From: Gammaproteobacteria bacterium
Lineage (GTDB): Bacteria > Pseudomonadota > Gammaproteobacteria > 21-64-14
Direction: 5' to 3'
Length of the DNA stretch: 64,000 nucleotides
Assembly (NCBI GenBank): GCA_027013145.1
Contig: JALUXX010000056.1
Coordinates: 88,975-152,974 of the forward strand
The notes under the pieces are model-generated. The model had not been told where the DNA came from. It did not search any database and saw only the letters and a program-made list of their open reading frames with translations. Every line of letters starts with the position of its first letter. The stretch's first letter is position 1. Shown one piece after another: positions 22,192-35,768 of the stretch. Both the position numbers and the translations under genes were made by a program.

Positions 22192-23733
22192 GTGTCGCCG
22201 AACCAGGGAGGGACGGGGGCGCGGCCCAAGGCCCTACGGCGGGTGCGCGAGGTCCCCGATCGGACGGCGGCAGCCACGCCGGGCGGTTCCAGCCGGATCG
22301 GGACCGAACCGGCCAGGGATAGCGAGAATACTGTGGGGACCATCCGGCTTTTCCGGCACTACGTTCGGGTGCCGATCCTGGTGTTGATGTGCGTCGAGGC
22401 GCTCGTCTTCGCGGTATCGGTCTACGTCGGCGCCTACATCCGTTTCTTCCCGGAGTTGCAGGTCATCCGCACCAGCCTCGGGCCGCTGCCGCCGCGGGCG
22501 GCAGCCTACGCCCTGGTGATGGTACTGAGCCTCGCCGCGGTGGGCCTGTATCACGCCCGCTACCGCGAGGGGCTGCTCGGCGTGCTGTTGCGCGTGCTGG
22601 CCGGGTTCGCGCTGGGCGTCGTGGTGCTCGTCGTGTTGTTCTACGTGTTTCCCTCGCTGTTTCTCGGTCGCGGCGCCCTGGCCCTGACGATTGCGATCTC
22701 GCTCGCGGGCATCCTCGCCATCCGCGGCCTGTTCTTCGGGGCCCTGCTCGATCCCGGCGCCCTGCGCCGGCGTGTGCTCGTGCTCGGCGCGGGCGCCAAG
22801 GCCAATTCCATCACCCGCCTGCGCCGGCGCGCCGACCAGCGCGGATTCCGCATCGTGGGTTTCGTGCATGTGGAAGGCGAACAGGACGTCGTCGAGGCGG
22901 AACGGATCTTTCACCCGGACATGCCCCTCGCGGAGTTCGCCGCCCGCCACCGCGTCGACGAGATCGTCGTCGCCGTCAACGACCGGCGCAAGGGGTTCCC
23001 TCTGCACGAACTGCTGGATTGCCGGCTCAACGGGATCGACGTGGTCGACATCCTTACTTTCTTCGAGCGCGAGACCGGCAAGGTACGCATCGATCTGCTC
23101 AATCCGAGCTGGCTGGTATTCTCCGACGGGTTCCAGCAAAGCACCGTGCGCGAACTCTCCAAGCGGTTTTTCGACGTCGTCGCGAGCCTGCTCCTGCTCG
23201 CCTTAACCTGGCCGGTGATGCTCATCGCCGCCGCGGCGGTGTACGTGGGGGATCGCGGACCGGTCTTCTACCGGCAGATACGGGTAGGCCAGGACGGCAA
23301 GCCCTTTCACGTCCTCAAGTTTCGCAGCATGCGGGTGGACGCGGAGGCGGTCGGCGGTGCGCAGTGGGCGGGGGAGGACGACCCGCGCATCACGCGCGTG
23401 GGTCGGATCCTGCGCCACTACCGTATCGACGAGCTGCCGCAGATCCTCAACGTCCTGCGGGGCGATATGAGCTTCGTCGGCCCGCGGCCCGAGCGCCCGG
23501 AGTTCGTCACCGATTTCACCGAGCGCCTGCCATACTACGCAGAGCGCCACCGCGTGAAGCCCGGCATCACCGGGTGGGCGCAGCTCTGCTTCCCCTACGG
23601 GGCCTCGGAGCGCGCCGCCACCGAGAAGCTCCAGTACGACCTCTACTACGTCAAGAACCACAGCCTGCTGCTCGATATCCTCATCCTGCTGCAGACCGCC
23701 GAGGTGGTCTTGTTCGGCAAGGGCGCGCGCTGA
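22192..23733 (+). CDS. Polyprenyl glycosylphosphotransferase (bacterial sugar transferase, EpsB/WbaP-like priming enzyme)
   Basis: C-terminal catalytic domain DELPQILNVLRGDMSFVGPRPERPEF, with an N-terminal TM region. The true start is probably the in-frame GTG at 22333, giving (M)GTIRLFRHYVRVP, which resembles the TIGR03013 EpsB N-terminus. Confidence 0.8.
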   Translation: MSPNQGGTGARPKALRRVREVPDRTAAATPGGSSRIGTEPARDSENTVGTIRLFRHYVRVPILVLMCVEALVFAVSVYVGAYIRFFPELQVIRTSLGPLPPRAAAYALVMVLSLAAVGLYHARYREGLLGVLLRVLAGFALGVVVLVVLFYVFPSLFLGRGALALTIAISLAGILAIRGLFFGALLDPGALRRRVLVLGAGAKANSITRLRRRADQRGFRIVGFVHVEGEQDVVEAERIFHPDMPLAEFAARHRVDEIVVAVNDRRKGFPLHELLDCRLNGIDVVDILTFFERETGKVRIDLLNPSWLVFSDGFQQSTVRELSKRFFDVVASLLLLALTWPVMLIAAAAVYVGDRGPVFYRQIRVGQDGKPFHVLKFRSMRVDAEAVGGAQWAGEDDPRITRVGRILRHYRIDELPQILNVLRGDMSFVGPRPERPEFVTDFTERLPYYAERHRVKPGITGWAQLCFPYGASERAATEKLQYDLYYVKNHSLLLDILILLQTAEVVLFGKGAR

Positions 23734-23824
23734 CGGAAGGTGCCCCCGGGGGGCGGGGCTGGCGATCGGCCGTTGCGCCGAAGGGGCGCGGGCCGGGCGC
23801 GGGCCGGGGCCTGACAGGGGGTGG

Positions 23825-23870
23825 ATGGTGGGCGATGCTGGGATCGAACCAGCGACCCCTGCCGTGTGAA
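23825..23870. repeat. Distal att direct repeat, a partial duplicated 3' half of tRNA-Val(CAC)
   Basis: Identical to 56495-56540. Not part of a complete tRNA here. Confidence 0.8.
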
Positions 23871-24040
23871 TCGTATTCGCCGAATTTACGCCAACCCCTG
23901 CAAAAAACTATCATAAAACCAATTGGTTATAAACCCTCATTGTCGATCAACAGGTTACAAATAACATTTGCAAAGTCAATAACTTATACCGCATCAAACC
24001 GCAACCCGCCGCACCGATCCGCAGGGGAGTGGCGCGGCAG

Positions 24041-24060
24041 TGGAGCAAATTGGAGCAAAC
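24041..24060 (+). promoter_or_regulatory. Tandem TGGAGCAAA(T/C) motif, a candidate arm-type recombinase/AlpA site. A second copy pair lies at 56430-56450.
   Basis: tggagcaaattggagcaaac sits ~170 bp inside the distal att. ttggagcaaattggagcaaa sits between the int start and the tRNA at the other end, in the same orientation. Confidence 0.4.
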
Positions 24061-24154
24061 CTGAGTGTTCCACTCAGGAAGGAGCCGGCCCCGCCTCAAT
24101 TCGCTCGCCATTCCCTATACAGGTCGTCCCCAATCGCTTCAACGGAGATGACCC

Positions 24155-24400
24155 ATGATCGAAGACAAGCCCCTGCTGACGAAACAGGACCTGCAACGAA
24201 TCCTAAGTATATCCGAACGCACCCTCGAAACGCGCGTTCGGCGCGGTGAGCTCCCCCCGCCAAGACGTCTCGGCGGGGGGCGCCGGGTCTACTGGGAGGC
24301 GCGGTCCTTCCGCGCGTGGCTTCGCACCCAGTTTGCCTCTGCAGCGCCTGCGAGCCCGCGCCGCCGCGGCCGGCCTCGGAATTCGGAACACTCCAGGTAG
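24155..24400 (+). CDS. AlpA-family phage/island transcriptional regulator (excisionase-like HTH)
   Basis: MIEDKPLLTKQDLQRILSISERTLETRVRRGELPPPRRLGGGRRVYWEARSFRAWL is the AlpA/Xis-type MerR-like HTH. A GGAGA RBS precedes it, and it follows an AT-rich segment. Confidence 0.75.
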   Translation: MIEDKPLLTKQDLQRILSISERTLETRVRRGELPPPRRLGGGRRVYWEARSFRAWLRTQFASAAPASPRRRGRPRNSEHSR

Positions 24401-25185
24401 TCGCTATCCAATTCGGTCGGGCGGTCGAAGCCCATCACAGCCGAGCGCCATTCGCGATTCCCACGCCCGCGTTTGGAGGGACAGCTTCGGCAGCGCGTCC
24501 CGCGGAATCGTTTATCGTTTTCGTCGCCGGGATCTTTCGTGTTGGCGCTCCGCCACAAACCATAAAATCGCGAATGTGATGGTGATTGCGATTGCGGCGT
24601 ACCCAAAAGGACCCATTGGAAGCCCTCCTGTTCGCTTTCGAGGTAAGAAATCTCCACATCGAATCCCGGATGCCCTCCGCCGGTTTCGCCGTCACGCGGT
24701 GCGTTCGCCCGTTGCCGATGCGGCTCCATACACAATAAACCAAGCACGGGCATTCCGCTCGGCGAGGACGTGGCCCGTGGTGGCCGGTGCGGGTTAGGTC
24801 GCGCCGCCGCAACAACACTTTGTGACGTTACCTCATAAATCGGCGACAGTTTAGATCCGCCCAGGGTTGCGATCTGGGGCCCTCCATCGACGGAGAGAGG
24901 CGGGGACGATGAAGCGCTCGAGGTTCAGCTCGGCGCAGGGGACCTATGCCCTGCCCCAAGCCGAGGTCGGGATCTCGGTCGTAGACATGCGCCGGCGTCG
25001 GCTTCCCGTCAGCGGTGGGAAGAATGACTCGATCTGATTTTGGCGGTATCCTTGACGCTGACTATCGGTCACTAAGCTTATATGGGGCATAACAAGCATA
25101 AGTATCGGAGGGATCACGCTGATCCTGGGCGGCATCTCACTTTCCTGATCCTTGATCTGCACGAAAGGGTCATTGTCAAAGCGGC

Positions 25186-26187
25186 ATGAACCGCGCGGAG
25201 CGCATTTACCGGCTGCATGCCGTCCTCGCCAGGGGGCGGACGGTTTCGATGCGCAGGCTCATGGAGGAATTGGATGCTTCCCGCGCCACGGTGGTGCGCG
25301 ACATTGCGTATCTGCGCGATTTCATGGGTGCCCCCATCCGCTACGATCGCGAGCGTAACGGCTACGGGTATGAGCCCGACGCACCGGAGTTTCAACTCCC
25401 CGGTCTGTGGTTCAACGACAGCGAGCTCTACGCGCTCCTTGCCAGCGAGCAATTGCTGGATGCGGTGCAGCCGGGCCTTCTTGGTCCTTATATTGGTCCG
25501 CTCAAGGCGCGTATCCGCGGGTTGCTTGAGCAGAGCGGTCATACCGCGGATCTCGTCAGCTCCCGCGTTTTGCTCCGCCCCTTCGCCCGGCGCCAGGTAG
25601 ATGACGAAATCTTCGGGCGCGTGTCCGCCGCGGTGCTGAGCGGGCATACGCTCGAAATTCAGTACCACGGCCGCGAACGCGAGGCGGTCAGCCGGCGGCG
25701 GATCCACCCCTACCGGCTGCTCCACTATCGCGACAACTGGTACCTGATCGCTTGGTGTGAACGGGCCCGTGGACTACGGACATTTTCCCTGGATCGCGTC
25801 CTTGCGGCCGCCGACACCGGGCAGGCCGTGCGCAAAGTCGAGGAAGCTACGCTCGACCGTCATCTCGGGGCCAGCTTCGGCATTTTTACCGGCGAGGCGA
25901 GTGCTTGGGCAGTTCTCCGGTTCACGCCGGAGCGTGCCCGCTGGGTTGCCGATGAGAACTGGCACCCGGACCAGATTGGGCGATGGGTCGGAGAGAGCTA
26001 CGAACTCCAGGTTCCGTACTCTGATGCGCGCGAGCTTCTGATGGATATCTTGAAGTACGGCCCCGATGTCGAGGTCCTGGCCCCGGATTCGTTGAGAAGC
26101 ATCGTCGCGGAGCGGCTATGCCGCGCGGCGGCTCGCTACGGCACTGCCCCGCATCCACCCCGTCCGGCCGGACCCGAAGCGGCGTGA
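25186..26187 (+). CDS. WYL-domain transcriptional regulator (HTH-WYL-WCX), a putative regulator of the adjacent cas operon
   Basis: N-terminal wHTH (MNRAERIYRLHAVLARGRTVSMRRLMEELDASRATVVRDIAYLRD), central WYL region (HPYRLLHYRDNWYLIAWCERARGLRTFSLDRV) and a C-terminal extension. Located immediately upstream of cas3. Confidence 0.75.
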   Translation: MNRAERIYRLHAVLARGRTVSMRRLMEELDASRATVVRDIAYLRDFMGAPIRYDRERNGYGYEPDAPEFQLPGLWFNDSELYALLASEQLLDAVQPGLLGPYIGPLKARIRGLLEQSGHTADLVSSRVLLRPFARRQVDDEIFGRVSAAVLSGHTLEIQYHGREREAVSRRRIHPYRLLHYRDNWYLIAWCERARGLRTFSLDRVLAAADTGQAVRKVEEATLDRHLGASFGIFTGEASAWAVLRFTPERARWVADENWHPDQIGRWVGESYELQVPYSDARELLMDILKYGPDVEVLAPDSLRSIVAERLCRAAARYGTAPHPPRPAGPEAA

Positions 26188-26981
26188 GCGCAGAATCCTC
26201 CCGAGTTCTGGTGACCCTAGAGCACCTCGAGCGGTCGGTCTGGCGATGCATAAAGCTTGGTCGCCTGCGCCGGGCGCTGCAGGCGATCGGGACTTGGGGC
26301 GTCTGCCACCTCCACGCCATTCGGACCTTCGGCAGCCAGGGCCGCGTGCCCGAACCCCGGTACCCGGAGAGCGGGATCTGTGGCGAGCGCCACATCTGGG
26401 TCGGGAAGATCGCCACCCGGGGGGCAGCCTATACCAAAGCGACTTCGCCGATGACCGGGAGCACGGGTTGCCTATCGACCGGATGCTGGCTGCGAAGCCG
26501 ATCGTTTATTAAACCTGCTGTATCGCCGGTGCGCACGCTTGCTCGCCCGAGAACTGCGGCGGGCCGCCCGGCAGACAGCGGCCACTCGCGCGATAGACGT
26601 CCCGCAGCGCGGCACCCGCGGAGCGCGTGCTGCCGCCGGATTTGGCGCCGAGGGTGCTGAAGTGAGCGTACTCGCCTGTCGCACAAGGAGTGCACCCCCA
26701 CAAGCTCAACCGGTGAGCCACCGGGGGTGGTATAAATCGGGGGAGCTGTGTTTGAGGTCGCGACTACCACCCCTTTGGTAGGTTCTGGGCGTCGGTATGG
26801 AGAAGGATCCCGCGCACGCCTGGCCCCCGCCATCTTGGGTGGATCACTTGTTGGAATGAGCGAGCAGGATCAGGCGACCCTCTGAGACGCCAGCGGGCCC
26901 ATGGGGGGCGTGTGGTGGGGTTCTTCGCGCGAGCGGCATAACGTGATGAATTGCATGAAGTAGCGAAATAGGCCACAGCAA

Positions 26982-29384
26982 ATGGCATTTCACGATTTCT
27001 TCAACGAAGCATATGGCAAATCCGGCGATCGGGCGTTCGAGCCATACTCTTACCAACGTCGTCTAGCTGAAGAGCCATGGCCGCATCTGCTAGACGTGCC
27101 GACCGGCATGGGAAAAACCGCGGCGGTGGTCCTTTCCTGGATATGGAAGCGTGGCTGGCGGCAAGGTGCGCGCGGCGGCGGACTCGATCCTCAAACTCCG
27201 CGCCGTTTGGTCTACTGCCTGCCCATGCGCGCGCTGGTAGAACAGACAGTGGCCAATATAAAGAGCTGGCTGAAACACCTCGATCTATGCGGCGAGCCCG
27301 GTGAAAAAAAGATCAGCATCAACGTTCTGATGGGCGGCGATGAGCACGCCCGCAAGGCCGAATGGACGAGCTATCCAGAAGAAGACGCCATTATCGTCGG
27401 TACGCAGGATATGTTGCTCTCGCGCGCCCTGATGCGCGGCTATGGTATGAGCCGCCACCAATGGCCCGTCCACTTCGCGCTGTTGCACAATGATGCGCTG
27501 TGGGTATTTGACGAAGTTCAGTTGATGGGTGCGGGGTTGGTCACTTCTGCTCAATTGGAGGCCTTCCGCCGCGATTTTCCACTTGCCAAAAACAGTCGTA
27601 CGCTCTGGGTGTCCGCCACGCTGAATCGCGACTGGCTGGGCACGGTGGACTTTCAGCCCCACATAGATATGCTTATCACGCACGCAATCGGGAACGAAGA
27701 CCGGCAGCAGGCCGGTGACCGGCTGCAGGCGCAGAAGTCGCTTGCGAAAGCCGATATTTCGCTGTCGCAGGACGCCGGCAACAAGGCGGGGTTGCAAACG
27801 TACCTGGAGAACCTGCGCGACCTGGTGCTGCAAGCGCACGATCCCGCTACGCAAACGCTGGTCATCGTTAATCGCGTCGAACGGGCGCAGCGCTTGTTTC
27901 GGCTGCTGCGTGACAGCCGGCCGGACAAGGCTGATCTTCTGGTCCATGCCCGGTTCCGAGCCGCCGAACGTTCCGAGCAAGCGAGCTGTCTGCGCGATGA
28001 CGATAATGTAGACCGCATCGTCGTCGCCACACAGGCCGTCGAGGCTGGCGTGGACATTTCCTCAAAAATATTGGTGACCGAGCTGGCGCCATGGCCTTCC
28101 ATGGTGCAACGCTTCGGTCGCTGCAATCGATATGGAGAGCACAATGCGACAGGCGCGCGCATCCTGTGGGTGGATATCGAGGATGACAAGGGCTTGTCGC
28201 TTCCCTACGAGCGCGAAGCGCTATCCATTGCGCGTGACAAGCTGAATGGGCTTGATAACGCTTGTCCGCAACACCTTCCGCCCACCGATACGGCGCGACT
28301 GCTCACCGCCGTGCTGCGCCGCAAGGATCTGCTCGACCTGTTCAATACCGAGCCCGACCTGTCCGGCTTCGACGTGGACGTTTCCGATTACATCCGTGAC
28401 ACCGGAACGCCCAGCGTGCAAGTATTCTGGCGCGAATTCGGGAACGATCCGAACACCCCAGAACCGCAAGGCAGGCCTAGTCGCAGAGACCTATGTCCCG
28501 CGTCTCTAAGCCAAGCCAGGGAATTCGCCAAGCGCAAAGACGTTACTCTTTGGTGCTGGGATATGCTTGACCGCCGATGGGCGAAGCTCATACGCGATCC
28601 TCGTCCCGGGATGATCTTGCTCGCACATTCGGTAAGCGGAGGTTATGACAGAGATATTGGCTTCGATCCGGCATTAAAAACACCTGTTTCCGCCATTGAG
28701 GTCGAACAGGTACCCGAAGAAGACGCCTTTTCCGAAGACTGGCGTTCATATCAGAACAAGCCAGTGCCACTGGCCGATCATTTGAGCCACGTGGCTGCCC
28801 AAGCTGACAAACTATGCTTGGCGGTGGGTGAGACATCACATCGCGGCATCGTTGTACGTGCCGGACGCTGGCACGATCTCGGCAAAGCGCACGAAATCTT
28901 CGACGCCACCATGCATGCTTGCGACAAGGCGCCTGCCGGCTTTCTCGCCAAATCGCCCTGCAATGGTCGGCACAGTCGCAAGTTCTTCCGTCACGAACTG
29001 GCCTCCATGCTCGGCTGGTTGGCCCAGCACAATGGTGAACCCGATGCTGATCTGATCGCCTACCTGATTCTGGCCCACCACGGCAAGGTGCGCATGAGCC
29101 TGCGCGCTATGCCTGGTGAAGAAGCGGGCAATGGCGTCAAGCGCTTCGCACGTGGTATCTGGGAAGGTGACGCCCTGCCCGCATTGGGTTTCGATGGTGA
29201 GCACAGCAATGCAACCACACTCAAGCTTGCGCTGATGGAAATCGGCGAAGGCGAGCAAGGACCTTCCTGGACCGAGCGCAGCCTGAACCTGCTGGATCAC
29301 CACGGTCCGTTCCGATTGGCGTGGTTGGAAACCTTGGTGCGCTTGGCCGACTGGCGCGCTTCGGCTGAGGAGCAGCAGCCGTGA
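26982..29384 (+). CDS. cas3: Cas3 helicase-nuclease with C-terminal HD domain (type I-G/I-U architecture)
   Basis: Helicase motif I VPTGMGKT and DEAH-like DEVQ. C-terminal HD motifs (GRWHDLGKAHEIF, LILAHHGKVR) follow the helicase, which is the I-U/I-G hallmark. Confidence 0.85.
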   Translation: MAFHDFFNEAYGKSGDRAFEPYSYQRRLAEEPWPHLLDVPTGMGKTAAVVLSWIWKRGWRQGARGGGLDPQTPRRLVYCLPMRALVEQTVANIKSWLKHLDLCGEPGEKKISINVLMGGDEHARKAEWTSYPEEDAIIVGTQDMLLSRALMRGYGMSRHQWPVHFALLHNDALWVFDEVQLMGAGLVTSAQLEAFRRDFPLAKNSRTLWVSATLNRDWLGTVDFQPHIDMLITHAIGNEDRQQAGDRLQAQKSLAKADISLSQDAGNKAGLQTYLENLRDLVLQAHDPATQTLVIVNRVERAQRLFRLLRDSRPDKADLLVHARFRAAERSEQASCLRDDDNVDRIVVATQAVEAGVDISSKILVTELAPWPSMVQRFGRCNRYGEHNATGARILWVDIEDDKGLSLPYEREALSIARDKLNGLDNACPQHLPPTDTARLLTAVLRRKDLLDLFNTEPDLSGFDVDVSDYIRDTGTPSVQVFWREFGNDPNTPEPQGRPSRRDLCPASLSQAREFAKRKDVTLWCWDMLDRRWAKLIRDPRPGMILLAHSVSGGYDRDIGFDPALKTPVSAIEVEQVPEEDAFSEDWRSYQNKPVPLADHLSHVAAQADKLCLAVGETSHRGIVVRAGRWHDLGKAHEIFDATMHACDKAPAGFLAKSPCNGRHSRKFFRHELASMLGWLAQHNGEPDADLIAYLILAHHGKVRMSLRAMPGEEAGNGVKRFARGIWEGDALPALGFDGEHSNATTLKLALMEIGEGEQGPSWTERSLNLLDHHGPFRLAWLETLVRLADWRASAEEQQP

Positions 29385-29879
29385 AGCTCGCTGCCTTCGA
29401 CGCAGTCGCAAAGGCGCTGGATGCCGCACAGGTACGCTACCTCGTGGCCGGCGGTCTCGCCGTCAACGCGCACGGCTACGTCCGTTTGACCATGGACATC
29501 GATCTGGTGATCGCGCTGGATGCCGCCAATATCCGCCAAGCGTTCCAAGCCCTGGCAGGGATCGGTTATCGCCCCACCGTGCCGATCGACGCGGACGCCT
29601 TCGCCAGACCGGAACAACGCCAGCGCTGGCGGGAAGGAAAGGGCATGCAGGTGCTCAATTTCCAAAGCGACGCCTTCCCTGGCACCTCGGTGGACGTATT
29701 CGTCTACGAACCGTTCGATCTCGCAGAAGAATACGACATCGCCCTGTGTGGCGAACTGTTGCCGGGCATTTACGTGCGCTTTGTGTCCATCCCTACCCTG
29801 ATTCGCATGAAGCAAGCGGCTGCCCGCCCGCGCGACCTGGACGACATCCAGCACCTCAAGTGGTTGCAGGAGAATCCCG

Positions 29880-29887
<8 letters not shown>
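29381..29887 (+). CDS. Minimal nucleotidyltransferase-fold protein inserted between cas3 and csx17 (function unknown)
   Basis: 168 aa. LVAGGLAVNAHGYVRLTMDIDLVIA resembles the hG[GS]...DhDh NTase motif, and the later IRMKQAAARPRDLDDI resembles NTase C-terminal motifs. Its start overlaps the cas3 stop and its stop overlaps the csx17 start. Confidence 0.45.
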
Positions 29888-33411
<3,524 letters not shown>

Positions 33412-33414
33412 ATC

Positions 33415-34905
33415 ATGCTCGCCTTGTCCTTCACCTTTCCCGCGGGACGCTACCATGCCACACCCTGGGACCGGCATGTCAACGAAGGCGCCGTGGCATG
33501 GCCGCCGGAACCATGGCGGATCCTTCGCGGGCTGATTGCCACTTGGCATTGCAAGGTCAAATACAGCGGAAGGTATAGCGAAGCCGCACTGCTAGGCCTG
33601 ATCGAAGCGTTGACGCAGGAGCTGCCTGAATACGGGCTACCCACGGCGAGTCACAGCCATACTCGTCATTACATGCCGCAGTTCGCGACTGATAAGACGT
33701 CGCTGGTCTTGGACGCGTTCACAGGTGTCAAACGTGACGAGGCATTGACCGTGGTTTGGCCGAATGCAGAGCTTTCCAAGGACCAAGTTGATCTGCTGGA
33801 CGAGCTGTTGTTCGTCATGGGCTACCTTGGTCGCGCTGAATCCTGGGTGGAGGCAAAGCGCCTCACCGATGCGCCGGAAGTCAACTGTAAGCCCGACGCA
33901 ACGCCGCTGGATACCGGAACCGGCGAGCTGAAAGGTGAAACTGTAACCCTCTACGCCCCCTTGTCGCCGAACGAATACCAGTCACTGCGCCAGAGGTTTC
34001 TTGCCGACAAAAAGTCTGCAAAGAAGCTGGAAACGACGCTTCCTGAAGGATTGCTTCACGCGCTCAGCGTGGATACAGCGGAACTGCGCAAGCAGGGCTG
34101 GAGCCAGCCGCCCGCCGCACGCAGGGTCAGCTACGTGCGCCCTGTCGATGCACTTCGGCCGCGCTACGCCACGCCTCGCATACAGGTCCCCGATGCCACC
34201 ACCGGGAGTTTTATTGTCGTCGGCAAACCTTTGCCCCGAGTGGAGGAGGCGTTACGCATCGGCGAGCTGATGCGCATGGCGGTCATGAGTCAGGCGAAGC
34301 GCATATGCGGCGAAGACAAGGTGCCGGCCATTCTCTCAGGTCATGAAATGCCTGAAGGCAATCGTCATCGACACGCCTTTTACCTGCCCTGGGACAGCAA
34401 CCACGACGGGCGCATCGACCGCGTGGTGGTTCACGTGCCGGATGGCATGGAGGCTGACCAGCAGCGGATTGTCGAAAGCGTCAGAAGGCTATGGAGTCGA
34501 GACGGTGGCGAGTGGCGTCTGGTTTTGGAGAGTATCGGCGGTACTGGAATCGCGAACACTCTGACACAACCCAGCAGGGTTTGGGAGTCCGTCACGCCGT
34601 ACCTGCATCCCTGGCACGTCAAGAAGCATTTTGGGGTTGTGGCGCAGATCAAACGCGAATGCCGCGAGCGCGGCTTGCCCGAGCCGGCGATTCTGGAATC
34701 GTTCGATAAAGTGGAGGTGGGCAAGAACCGGGAACGACGCCCGATTCATTTCCGGCGCTTCCGCAACCGACGCGGCTTCACGCAACCCGACCGATTGGGC
34801 AGCTTCTGGCGCCTTAGTTTTCCGGAGCCTGTGGAAGGACCGCTAGCCCTTGGGTTCGCTTGCCACTTTGGCCTTGGGCTTTTCGTTCCTGTCGGCGATA
34901 CCTGA
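33415..34905 (+). CDS. csb2: Csb2 (Cas5-Cas6 fusion, type I-G)
   Basis: 496 aa. N-terminus MLALSFTFPAGRYHATPWDRHVNEGAVAWPPEPWRILRGLIATWH is typical of Csb2/GSU0054. Glycine-rich C-terminal loops and an AGGAGG RBS. In I-G loci the Cas6 function resides here. Confidence 0.7.
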   Translation: MLALSFTFPAGRYHATPWDRHVNEGAVAWPPEPWRILRGLIATWHCKVKYSGRYSEAALLGLIEALTQELPEYGLPTASHSHTRHYMPQFATDKTSLVLDAFTGVKRDEALTVVWPNAELSKDQVDLLDELLFVMGYLGRAESWVEAKRLTDAPEVNCKPDATPLDTGTGELKGETVTLYAPLSPNEYQSLRQRFLADKKSAKKLETTLPEGLLHALSVDTAELRKQGWSQPPAARRVSYVRPVDALRPRYATPRIQVPDATTGSFIVVGKPLPRVEEALRIGELMRMAVMSQAKRICGEDKVPAILSGHEMPEGNRHRHAFYLPWDSNHDGRIDRVVVHVPDGMEADQQRIVESVRRLWSRDGGEWRLVLESIGGTGIANTLTQPSRVWESVTPYLHPWHVKKHFGVVAQIKRECRERGLPEPAILESFDKVEVGKNRERRPIHFRRFRNRRGFTQPDRLGSFWRLSFPEPVEGPLALGFACHFGLGLFVPVGDT

Positions 34906-35125
34906 GCAACTTTTGATCTGGAGGTTTGGAATAGCCAGCTCATGCACCTGCTCGGTTAGGGGATGTTTGAAGCGCATGTTCTTAGCCACCTATTGCGTTT
35001 CGCCGCTGTTTTGTGGCGGAGGCAGCACACGGTTACCAAGCCATCCACGAGATGGCAAAGGACTTTGGTATCGGGAGAGCTGTGAGTTTGTAGCGGCAGT
35101 TTTTCCATAGGCGCGGCAGCGACGA

Positions 35126-35527
35126 CTAGAGGCGAATGACCCGAACGAGTTTTCCGAGGGCGGCGAAGTCGGACGGGTTGCGGGTATAGAGCGGTAAGCC
35201 GTTGGCCGCAGCGGTCGCGGCGATGAGCAGGTCGGCAAGGCGGGCGCGGGGCGCTTGGCCCGCCGCGCGCACGGCAGCGAAGGCGCGGCCGTACATGCGC
35301 GCGGCATCGGCATCGAAGGGCAGGGGATCCCAGGTCGCCGCGGCCCATTGCAGGCGATCCTGGCGGCGGGCGCGCTCATCCGCATCGCGTGTGGCGTGCG
35401 GCCCGGCTGCGAGTTCGGCGAGCGTCACGGCGGAGATGGCGGATTCGTCCGGAAGCAGGGATGCGTCGATTACGTCGTGGTCGATGACCACCGACGTATC
35501 CAGCAGGCCGCGGCTCGGCTCAGCCAT
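35126..35527 (-). CDS. vapC: VapC toxin (PIN-domain ribonuclease)
   Basis: MAEPSRGLLDTSVVIDHD... with acidic PIN residues (D at the N-terminus, ...AELAAG..., ...DLLIAATA...NGLPLYTRNPSDF). Its start overlaps the antitoxin stop (ATGGCTGA). Confidence 0.8.
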   Translation of the reverse strand: MAEPSRGLLDTSVVIDHDVIDASLLPDESAISAVTLAELAAGPHATRDADERARRQDRLQWAAATWDPLPFDADAARMYGRAFAAVRAAGQAPRARLADLLIAATAAANGLPLYTRNPSDFAALGKLVRVIRL

Positions 35528-35768
35528 CGACCGATGGATCGATCACTGCGTCCAGATCGGCGCGAAAGCGTTCGGCGTCGATCCGGGGTGCCCGAGCGGC
35601 GGCCTCGGCGATGGTCGCCCGGGGCACATACCGGCGCGGCTGGATCGGCCGCAGTTCGGCGATGGGGACGCCGTTGCGGGTGACGATGATCGTCCGCCCC
35701 GCCTGCACCTCGCGCAACACCTTTGCGGAGGCGTTACGCAACTCCCGTTGATTGATGACCTTTTCCAT
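35520..35768 (-). CDS. Phd/YefM-family type II antitoxin
   Basis: MEKVINQRELRNASAKVLREVQAGRTIIVTRNGVPIAELRPI is the canonical Phd/YefM N-terminus. Start trimmed to the ATG at 35768. Confidence 0.7.
   Translation of the reverse strand: MEKVINQRELRNASAKVLREVQAGRTIIVTRNGVPIAELRPIQPRRYVPRATIAEAAARAPRIDAERFRADLDAVIDPSVDG

Noticed and set aside
24289-24818. 154-aa and 127-aa minus-strand ORFs and a 183-aa plus-strand ORF between the AlpA gene and the WYL regulator.
   Set aside because: They overlap one another in different frames, lack RBSs and have Arg/Gly-rich composition. The region is more likely a decayed gene or regulatory DNA. A 43-aa ORF at ~24909 with a plausible RBS was also seen, but it is too short to support.
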